A stretch of 64,000 bases of DNA from sequence record MW883059. The stretch is one strand, 5' to 3'. Below are positions 56,903 to 64,000 of this stretch, one piece after another. The DNA is from Escherichia phage vB_EcoM_SYGD1. The notes beneath the pieces are model-generated. The model was given only the letters and a program-made list of their open reading frames with translations, did no database searches and had not been told where the DNA came from. Position 1 is the first letter of the stretch. Every line of letters begins with the position of its first letter. The position numbers and the translations under genes were made by a program.

Positions 56903-58208
56903 ATTTGCGACTCATGCTGAATATAATGATGAAGTAAATACACTTTTCAGCTCTAATGGACAAACGCCTTTTGTAACAATTACATTTGGTACGGGAACTG
57001 ACTGGACTGAACGAATGATTCAGAAAGCAATTCTGAAAAATCGTATTAAAGGTCTTGGTCGTGACGGGATAACTCCTATTTTCCCTAAACTTGTTATGTT
57101 CGTTGAAGAAGGTGTTAATCTTTATAAAGACGATCCGAACTATGATATTAAGCAGCTTGCTCTAGAGTGTGCAAGTAAAAGAATGTATCCTGACATCATT
57201 TCGGCTAAGAACAATAAAGCTATTACCGGTTCATCTATTCCTGTTTCTCCAATGGGTTGTCGTAGTTTCTTGAGTGTATGGAAAGATTCGACTGGTAATG
57301 AAATTCTTGATGGACGTAATAATCTTGGTGTTGTAACACTGAATCTTCCTCGTATTGCGTTAGATTCTTATATTGGAACACAGTTCAATGAACAGAAATT
57401 TGCCGAATTGTTCAATGAACGAATGGATTTATGTTTTGAAGCTTTGATGTGTAGAATCAGTTCCTTAAAAGGAGTTAAAGCGACTGTTGCTCCTATTCTT
57501 TATCAAGAAGGTGCATTCGGGGTTCGTCTTAAACCTGATGACGATATAATTGAGTTATTTAAAAACGGTAGAAGTTCAGTGTCCTTAGGATACATTGGTA
57601 TTCACGAATTGAATATTCTTGTCGGTCGTGATATTGGACAAGAAATTTTAACTAAAATGAATGCTCATCTTAAGCAGTGGACTGAAAGAACCGGTTTTGC
57701 TTTTAGCTTGTATTCTACTCCTGCGGAAAACCTGTGCTATCGCTTCTGTAAACTTGATACCGAAAAATATGGAAGTGTAAAGGATGTTACTGATAAAGGC
57801 TGGTACACTAATAGTTTCCATGTTTCAGTAGAAGAAAATATTACTCCGTTTGAAAAGATTTCTCGCGAAGCCCCATATCATTTCATTGCGACAGGTGGTC
57901 ACATTTCTTATGTTGAACTTCCTGATATGAAAAATAACCTAAAAGGTCTTGAGGCTGTATGGGATTATGCTGCACAACATTTAGATTATTTTGGTGTTAA
58001 TATGCCAGTAGATAAATGTTTTACGTGTGGAAGTACCCATGAAATGACTCCAACTGAAAACGGATTTGTTTGTTCTATTTGTGGAGAAACTGATCCTAAA
58101 AAGATGAACACAATAAGAAGAACATGCGGATATCTTGGAACTCCTAGCGTTGTTCCATGGAATTTAGGTAAAATGAAAGAAATGGTAAAACGAGTAAAAC
58201 ATGCATAG
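56898..58208 (+). CDS. nrdD: Anaerobic ribonucleotide reductase NrdD, exon 2 (5' boundary approximate)
   Basis: Zn ribbon CFTCGSTHEMTPTENGFVCSICGE and glycyl radical motif RRTCGYLG near C-terminus. Confidence 0.8.
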   Translation, partial: HEFATHAEYNDEVNTLFSSNGQTPFVTITFGTGTDWTERMIQKAILKNRIKGLGRDGITPIFPKLVMFVEEGVNLYKDDPNYDIKQLALECASKRMYPDIISAKNNKAITGSSIPVSPMGCRSFLSVWKDSTGNEILDGRNNLGVVTLNLPRIALDSYIGTQFNEQKFAELFNERMDLCFEALMCRISSLKGVKATVAPILYQEGAFGVRLKPDDDIIELFKNGRSSVSLGYIGIHELNILVGRDIGQEILTKMNAHLKQWTERTGFAFSLYSTPAENLCYRFCKLDTEKYGSVKDVTDKGWYTNSFHVSVEENITPFEKISREAPYHFIATGGHISYVELPDMKNNLKGLEAVWDYAAQHLDYFGVNMPVDKCFTCGSTHEMTPTENGFVCSICGETDPKKMNTIRRTCGYLGTPSVVPWNLGKMKEMVKRVKHA

Positions 58209-59031
58209 GTATTATATAATTTATAAAATAACAAATATAATTAATTCAAAGGAATATATCGGTGCGCATAGCACCGATAACATAAATGACGGTTATATGG
58301 GGTCAGGAACATTGATTCGTGCCGCTTTATTAAAATATGGTAGAAAAAATTTTAATAAAGAAATTTTACATGTTTTTGATAATGAAAAACAAATGTATGA
58401 TAAAGAAGCTGAACTTGTAACCGAAGAGTATTGTCTAAAAGAAAATACATATAATATTAAACCTGGTGGAAAAGGTGGAACTGCCTATGAACAGACACTT
58501 GAACATCGCCGCAAAAATAGTTTAGCAAATAAAGGTAAAAAGAGAACAGAAGAAACTAAAATAGCTATTTCACGTGCTTTAAAGAAATATAAACGTACGC
58601 CAGAGCATCAAGCAAATTTAAATAAAGCCGTAAGCATAGCTATGAAGCGAAAAGATGTTAGAAGTAAATTAGCTGGAGAGCGGTCTGAGAAAGATAAATT
58701 ATCTATATCAAACGGTGTTAAAAAATATTACAATTCTTTGAGTGAAGAAGAACGCGAACTTCATCGCAAGCGAATTATTGAAGGTAAAAAGAATTCTCCC
58801 ATGTCATTGGAATCTAGACAAAAGCTTTCAAAAGCTTTAAAAGGACTTCAAGTTGGTTCAAAAAATCCAATGTATGGAAAAATTTCTCCAACTAGCAAAA
58901 CCGTTTCAGTTGACGGTATTAAATATGATTCAATTAAAAAGTGCTCAAATGCCATAAAAGTTTCTAGACATCTTATACTAAAACGCTGTAATTCTACTGA
59001 TGAAGCTTGGAAAAATTGGATATTATTATGA
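58201..59031 (+). CDS. GIY-YIG homing endonuclease (seg-like) between nrdD and nrdG
   Basis: YYIIYKITNIINSKEYIGAHS...YMGSG; resembles the segB-like ORF at 30264. Confidence 0.7.
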   Translation: MHRYYIIYKITNIINSKEYIGAHSTDNINDGYMGSGTLIRAALLKYGRKNFNKEILHVFDNEKQMYDKEAELVTEEYCLKENTYNIKPGGKGGTAYEQTLEHRRKNSLANKGKKRTEETKIAISRALKKYKRTPEHQANLNKAVSIAMKRKDVRSKLAGERSEKDKLSISNGVKKYYNSLSEEERELHRKRIIEGKKNSPMSLESRQKLSKALKGLQVGSKNPMYGKISPTSKTVSVDGIKYDSIKKCSNAIKVSRHLILKRCNSTDEAWKNWILL

Positions 59032-59498
59032 ATTATGACAGAATATACCCGTGCTGCTTTGTTAATGGTCCTGGATGCAGGACAGTTCTTTTCGTTACAG
59101 GTTGTTTGCATAAATGCGAAGGGTGTTATAATAAATCAACATGGAATGCTAGAAATGGCGTTCCATTCACTGGTGAAACACTAGAACAATTAATTGAATG
59201 TTTGAATAATGATTATATAGAAGGATTAACTATAACTGGAGGAGACCCTCTTTATCCTGATAACCGAGATGATGTTCATTGCATTGTTCAAACGGTAAAA
59301 AATCTTTATCCAAATAAAAGCATTTGGTTGTGGACAGGGTACAAGTTTGAAGATATTAAACAACTAGAAATGCTTAAATATGTTGATGTTATTATTGATG
59401 GGAAGTATGAGAAAAATCTTCCGACCAAAAAGCTGTGGCGGGGTTCAGATAATCAGCGACTTTGGTCAAATACCGATGGGGTGTGGAAACATGATTAA
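59028..59498 (+). CDS. nrdG: Anaerobic RNR activating enzyme NrdG (radical SAM)
   Basis: CLHKCEGC radical-SAM cluster motif; 156 aa from MNYDRIY. Confidence 0.8.
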   Translation: MNYDRIYPCCFVNGPGCRTVLFVTGCLHKCEGCYNKSTWNARNGVPFTGETLEQLIECLNNDYIEGLTITGGDPLYPDNRDDVHCIVQTVKNLYPNKSIWLWTGYKFEDIKQLEMLKYVDVIIDGKYEKNLPTKKLWRGSDNQRLWSNTDGVWKHD

Positions 59499-59612
59499 AC
59501 TGAATTATATTATTGATACTATAAATGATATGATTTTTCATTTTGGTCCAGAATTTTATTCGCAGTATAGTTTAGTACTTATCAATGCTTGGTTAATCAA
59601 TTAAGGGTAAAT

Positions 59613-59828
59613 ATGTATAAATTTCGTAAAGGTTTAGCTGATTTTCTTACAACTGTAACGTTCTTTTTGTTTATGGCAGTTGGTGCTATTTTTCTTATTC
59701 CTTTTATTGCTATATTTTTCGTGATTAGCTTAATTTCTCCAGAAAAAGGACTGTCTTCTAGCGAGTTCAATGAACGCCTGGATAAAATTACTAACAAACT
59801 GAATTCTGTTCTTGACAAAAAGGCTTAA
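59613..59828 (+). CDS. Small membrane protein, hypothetical
   Basis: ORF 59589-59828; start at MYKFRKG assumed. Confidence 0.35.
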   Translation: MYKFRKGLADFLTTVTFFLFMAVGAIFLIPFIAIFFVISLISPEKGLSSSEFNERLDKITNKLNSVLDKKA

Positions 59829-59830
59829 TT

Positions 59831-60142
59831 ATGATTAGTTTTGAGCGGTATGTGGTAGAGAGTTGGAAGGGTTTTGATATGTTCGGTAATGACTATTATT
59901 TCTATGAATGTAGTCTAAATCCTAGTTTTTGGGCTGGACGAGAACGAGAACTCGAAGAAATTAATAACCGTGCTGAATTGTTAGGTGAATTACCTACGGT
60001 TTATTTTACCTTTGATGCATCTGGATTTGTTATCCAGGTTTATTTTCCTGAAGAAAATTCTGGCGATGATTCTGTTAACCCGCCATACTGGGCTTATCAA
60101 GGAATTATTTCTCGTGGAACAAAACTCGAACTTAAAGAATAA
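59831..60142 (+). CDS. Hypothetical protein
   Basis: 103 aa. Confidence 0.4.
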   Translation: MISFERYVVESWKGFDMFGNDYYFYECSLNPSFWAGRERELEEINNRAELLGELPTVYFTFDASGFVIQVYFPEENSGDDSVNPPYWAYQGIISRGTKLELKE

Positions 60143-60143
60143 G

Positions 60144-60437
60144 ATTGAAGTCTATGGAATTCCAGATGAAGTAGGTCGTTGTCCTGGATGTCAATCAGTT
60201 ACAAAACTTCTAAAGGAGCTCAATGCTCCTTTTACTTTCTATAAAGTTCTTACAAATAATGGTAAGATTGAGTATGATCGTCCACTGATTGTATCTCTTG
60301 CTAAACGCGCTGGATTCACATCTCTTAACATTCGTTATCCAGTCATTTTCATCAATGATTCTAGACAAAAGAACATTAAACACTTCAAAGAAACTCTCAT
60401 TTCACTTGGATATGATAGAGATATCATAGAAGACTAA
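60144..60437 (+). CDS. Glutaredoxin/thioredoxin-fold protein (NrdH-like); start codon uncertain
   Basis: KIEVYGIPDEVGRCPGCQSVTKLLKEL has the beta-strand, CxxC, helix layout of glutaredoxins; no in-frame ATG near the fold start (ATT at 60144). Confidence 0.45.
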   Translation: MEVYGIPDEVGRCPGCQSVTKLLKELNAPFTFYKVLTNNGKIEYDRPLIVSLAKRAGFTSLNIRYPVIFINDSRQKNIKHFKETLISLGYDRDIIED

Positions 60438-60439
60438 GA

Positions 60440-60465
60440 CAGGCCCTCTGGGCCTTTCTTTCTCG
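60440..60465 (+). terminator. Rho-independent terminator
   Basis: aggccctctgggcct followed by T-rich run. Confidence 0.6.
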
Positions 60466-60534
60466 CATTCTGTATATTACCATTCTAAGCTATCGTTCCC
60501 TTCTTATCGTTCACTAAAATAATTTCACAAAGTT

Positions 60535-60564
60535 GTTTACAAGAAGTTCAAACTGTGGTATTAT
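60535..60564 (+). promoter_or_regulatory. T4-type early promoter
   Basis: tttcacaaagttGTTTAC ... tggtattat. Confidence 0.55.
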
Positions 60565-60763
60565 TAACATATGAATTGCCTTTGAGGATTTGATATGGTT
60601 GATAAAGAGATTAAAAAGGATCAGTATTATCGTGTTAACGGACATATTGTTATTGTTACAGCAGTAGATGATCTAGATGTTCATTATACTGTACTTAAAT
60701 GGAATAAACAGATGATTTGTGATCGTGCTGTATTTAGTTCAGTTGCTAAGGAAATTAAACTCC

Positions 60764-61057
60764 ATGGGTAAAACGTATCGTCGTAAAGACTTGAAAGTTC
60801 GTGATTATGACTATTTCGGAAAGCGTAAAGCTCCTGATGGTGTAAGTCATAAAGATATGGTTGAAAACATTTTTCGCTCTGATAAATGGCGTAGAATGAA
60901 AGGTATTGATTCAGAAGTTAAAGATGAGTTAAATCGTCAATTACGCGGTGAAGTAAGAAAGTTGAAAAAATCAGTTTACATTGACGATGATTTTGATTAT
61001 AATACTTCTCAACGAGTTGCTAAACGTAAATCAAACGAGTGTTATCGTTACAGCTGA
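60764..61057 (+). CDS. Hypothetical basic protein
   Basis: ORF 60719-61057; start at MGKTYRRK assumed. Confidence 0.35.
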   Translation: MGKTYRRKDLKVRDYDYFGKRKAPDGVSHKDMVENIFRSDKWRRMKGIDSEVKDELNRQLRGEVRKLKKSVYIDDDFDYNTSQRVAKRKSNECYRYS

Positions 61058-61196
61058 GGAAAATATGAATATCAAACGAATGCTTTTTAAGCAGGGGTTA
61101 TACACTTTAAATGTTACTCCAAAAGGCGATACAACTAAGTGGTCAGTAAATGACTGGATTAAATTTATTGATGAAAATGGTAATTGGGAAATTTAA

Positions 61197-61397
61197 ATGA
61201 ATCCTGAATCTAAATTATCACAACGAATTGCCGAATCTCGTCGTCAGTTCTTTGAAAATATGATAGCCCAAGGTATTGATGATGAAGTTTTTCTAAACTG
61301 GTTTTGGAATCACAAATATTCAAGTTGCTCAGGAGCAATATTAATATCAGCCGCAATGATGTACGAAGGCTGGAAGGGTGCCAAAAAGTTTAGCTAA
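61197..61397 (+). CDS. Hypothetical protein
   Basis: 66 aa; followed by terminator gggcttcggccc + ttttt (61398-61414). Confidence 0.35.
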   Translation: MNPESKLSQRIAESRRQFFENMIAQGIDDEVFLNWFWNHKYSSCSGAILISAAMMYEGWKGAKKFS

Positions 61398-61449
61398 GGG
61401 CTTCGGCCCTTTTTGGATAATAAAATTTTAACGTAATTGAGGATAATGT

Positions 61450-61776
61450 ATGACTATTCAAATTAAAAACGTCATTAATTCTTACGCATATGATAAAGTA
61501 TTTTCTTTGCTAGAAAAAGGCGATATTGTAACTCCTCAAATTTTGGATAAATGGGAAAAAGAGCTTCATCAGATGATGAAACAGAATGATCAGAAGATTG
61601 GACGAAATACTATCCGTGAATTGTTGGTTCAATATATCTTGTCAGAATTTGATGTTAAAGCTTTTGGCGTAGAATCTAAAGCTTATCAAAAGCATGAAAT
61701 TTCTGATAAAACTATTCGTCATATGAAAAATCAACGCAAGAAAAAATTTGCTGACTTGAAAATTGCTAAGGTATGA
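61450..61776 (+). CDS. Hypothetical protein
   Basis: 108 aa. Confidence 0.4.
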   Translation: MTIQIKNVINSYAYDKVFSLLEKGDIVTPQILDKWEKELHQMMKQNDQKIGRNTIRELLVQYILSEFDVKAFGVESKAYQKHEISDKTIRHMKNQRKKKFADLKIAKV

Positions 61777-61994
61777 ATATGAATGAAGCTCTTATTAACG
61801 ATTTGCGTCTTGCCGGATATGAAGTAAATACAAATGGCATTGGTTTAACTCAAATTGAAGGAAACGGATTCATCCTTGAGTATGAATTTAGCCAATGGTG
61901 GTTATATGCTAACTATGGCGAATTAATTGAATATGTCGATCAATTTGATTCACTAGATGCAGCTCTTGAAGCGGCTAAGTTGATGAATGTATGA
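61773..61994 (+). CDS. Hypothetical protein
   Basis: 73 aa. Confidence 0.35.
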   Translation: MNMNEALINDLRLAGYEVNTNGIGLTQIEGNGFILEYEFSQWWLYANYGELIEYVDQFDSLDAALEAAKLMNV

Positions 61995-62260
61995 AATTTA
62001 TTAATATTTCTATTACTATTGAAAATTATGGCATTTTCTATGTTGACAAATACATGAAAATTTCATTTTTCCCAAATAAGACTGGTGTTGGATATTGGGA
62101 AAGCCATGTTTCTGAATTAAATGAAAGTGAATATGTTAGTACACATGAAAAGTTTTTAGACTTTTTATATCATGCTGATTTAACTAGTCATTACATAGAT
62201 ATTCATGAATTTAAAAAGATGATGGAAAAAGTGTTCCAAGCATACTGTTTACTTAGATAA
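61991..62260 (+). CDS. Hypothetical protein
   Basis: 89 aa. Confidence 0.35.
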   Translation: MKFINISITIENYGIFYVDKYMKISFFPNKTGVGYWESHVSELNESEYVSTHEKFLDFLYHADLTSHYIDIHEFKKMMEKVFQAYCLLR

Positions 62261-62338
62261 CTGATATCCTCTATGCTTTAAGATAGATCTTCAAATATTA
62301 TGATATAATAGATCTATGAATTGAGCTAAGAGGTGAAA

Positions 62339-62896
62339 ATGTCAGAAACTAAGCCTAAATATAATTACGTAAACAATAAAGAGCTTTTACAAGCTATTAT
62401 TGATTGGAAAACAGAATTAGCAAATAATAAAGACCCAAATAAAGTAGTTCGTCAGAATGATACTATCGGATTAGCCATTATGCTTATTGCAGAAGGCTTA
62501 TCTAAACGTTTCAACTTTTCAGGATACACCCAATCATGGAAACAAGAAATGATTGCAGATGGTATAGAAGCTTCTATTAAGGGGCTTCATAATTTTGATG
62601 AAACGAAATATAAAAACCCACATGCATATATAACTCAAGCTTGTTTTAATGCATTCGTCCAACGTATTAAAAAAGAACGTAAGGAAGTTGCAAAGAAATA
62701 TAGTTACTTCGTTCACAATGTCTATGACAGTCGTGACGACGATATGGTTGCGTTAGTAGATGAAACTTTTATTCAAGACATCTACGATAAAATGACGCAT
62801 TACGAAGAATCAACCTATAGAACACCGGGGGCTGAAAAGAAAAGTGTTGTAGACGATTCTCCTAGTTTGGATTTTTTATATGAGGCTAACGATTAA
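62339..62896 (+). CDS. 55: Late transcription sigma factor gp55
   Basis: 185 aa from [17 protein letters not shown]; matches T4 gp55 from memory. Confidence 0.85.
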
Positions 62897-63098
62897 CCTC
62901 TCCGGATTCTTGGAAGAAATACCTGAAGTTGAAGCTATTCCCTATTTACTTAAAATGTATCTCAGGGAAGTTTTAGCTCTTGACATTGATATTGATCCAG
63001 AAAATCCGTATGATACCGCTTTTAAATCTAATGGTGTAGAATTAAACTATCGGTATCATTTAACAGATGATGATTTTTATTTTATATTAGAGAAATAA
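62880..63098 (+). CDS. Hypothetical protein
   Basis: 72 aa. Confidence 0.35.
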
Positions 63099-63099
63099 T

Positions 63100-63417
63100 A
63101 TGACTGATAAACCCGAAATTAATGATGAAGTGGAAAAGCTTATTTCTTCTATTGAAGAAAAGAACCGTCTTGAAGCAGAAAGAAAAGCAAATAAGTTATT
63201 GTCTAAAAATAAACGCGAACTGAACCGTCTTTATAAGCACGCTCAGATTGCAGCTGAAAACAATAATTTTGCTCAATACGAATATGCTATCAAGAAAAGT
63301 CGGGATATTCTAAAACAGCCATATAACGATGAACTCATCAGTATTCTTTGGAAGACTACTAGATCGCAGATTGAGGATATGATTGATGCTTACACACGTA
63401 AAATTCAAGCGTCTTAA
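63100..63417 (+). CDS. Hypothetical protein
   Basis: 105 aa. Confidence 0.4.
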   Translation: MTDKPEINDEVEKLISSIEEKNRLEAERKANKLLSKNKRELNRLYKHAQIAAENNNFAQYEYAIKKSRDILKQPYNDELISILWKTTRSQIEDMIDAYTRKIQAS

Positions 63418-63589
63418 AATTAATGCAGGATTTACTGAATCTTTGAACGGTCATCTTTGTGTGAAAATTTCTGAAAAAGAATACCATGATAGTTCAATTA
63501 AAGAAGTTAATCCTCCTATTGTAAGAGCAGACCCTAATATGAAAGTGTGGGTTGATTCCTATCAAGTCAAAAAATGGTGGCAACTGTGA
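63383..63589 (+). CDS. Hypothetical protein
   Basis: 68 aa. Confidence 0.3.
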   Translation: MMLTHVKFKRLKINAGFTESLNGHLCVKISEKEYHDSSIKEVNPPIVRADPNMKVWVDSYQVKKWWQL

Positions 63590-63832
63590 AAGATGAACAC
63601 CCAGACTTCTGAAATAGATTATAATAAAATTCGTTCCTCTAAAGTAGAAATGATGAGACGCTTTAAAGAGGCTCACGATAAAGCTAAAGCAGAAGGAACT
63701 ATAACATATAAGCGCATAAAATTTAGAAGCTCTAATGAGCCTCTGTATGGCGTATTATGCGGATAGGAGCTTCGGCTCCTATATTGCTTTATAAATTTTT
63801 GGTAAAATAAACCAAAACAATGAGGATATTAA

Positions 63833-64000
63833 ATGAAAGTATGCATTTTTATGGCTCGAGGTCTTGAAGGTTGCGGTGTAACTAAATTTTCTCTTGAGCA
63901 GCGTGATTGGTTTATTAAAAATGGTCATGAAGTAACTTTGGTTTATGCTAAAGATAAATCATTTACCCGTAATTGCGCGCATGATTATAAATCATTTTCA
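63833..64000 (+). CDS. a-gt: DNA alpha-glucosyltransferase (partial, runs off window end)
   Basis: N-terminus MKVCIFMARGLEGCGVTKFSLEQRDWFIKNGHEVTLVYAKDKSF matches T4 alpha-glucosyltransferase from memory. Confidence 0.7.
   Translation, partial: MKVCIFMARGLEGCGVTKFSLEQRDWFIKNGHEVTLVYAKDKSFTRNCAHDYKSFS

Noticed and set aside
56877-58208. ORF-track start at 56877 as the start of an independent 443-aa protein
   Set aside because: Position 56877 is a TTG in the reading frame of nrdD exon 2; the protein continues the interrupted NrdD and is not a separate gene.

Overview
This window is a T4-like (T-even, Tequatrovirus-type) coliphage genome segment. I could not run any search; all calls rest on reading the ORF translations, motifs I can see, and remembered T4 gene order and protein lengths. 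Positions 1-23972 are a minus-strand late structural module in T4 order (18, 17, 16, 15, 14, 13, wac, 12, 11, 10, 9, 8, 7, 6, 5.4, 5, 53), interrupted by homing-endonuclease genes downstream of gene 18 and downstream of gene 5. Positions 24020-64000 are plus-strand: genes 4-2-3-1-57A-57B, capsid-targeted internal proteins, an 8-tRNA cluster split by a segB-like endonuclease, nudE, e lysozyme, denV, regB, tk, rI, a hyperplastic block of small ORFs, nrdC, gene 49, an intron-split nrdD, nrdG, gene 55 and the start of alpha-glucosyltransferase. The e lysozyme is near-identical to T4 lysozyme by my recollection, but the internal-protein layout and extra endonucleases indicate a relative rather than T4 itself. 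I found no single clearly novel system; the best candidates are a small ADP-ribosyltransferase-like ORF, a macro-domain ORF, a nucleotidyltransferase, a host-like GrcA gene segment, and six homing endonucleases.
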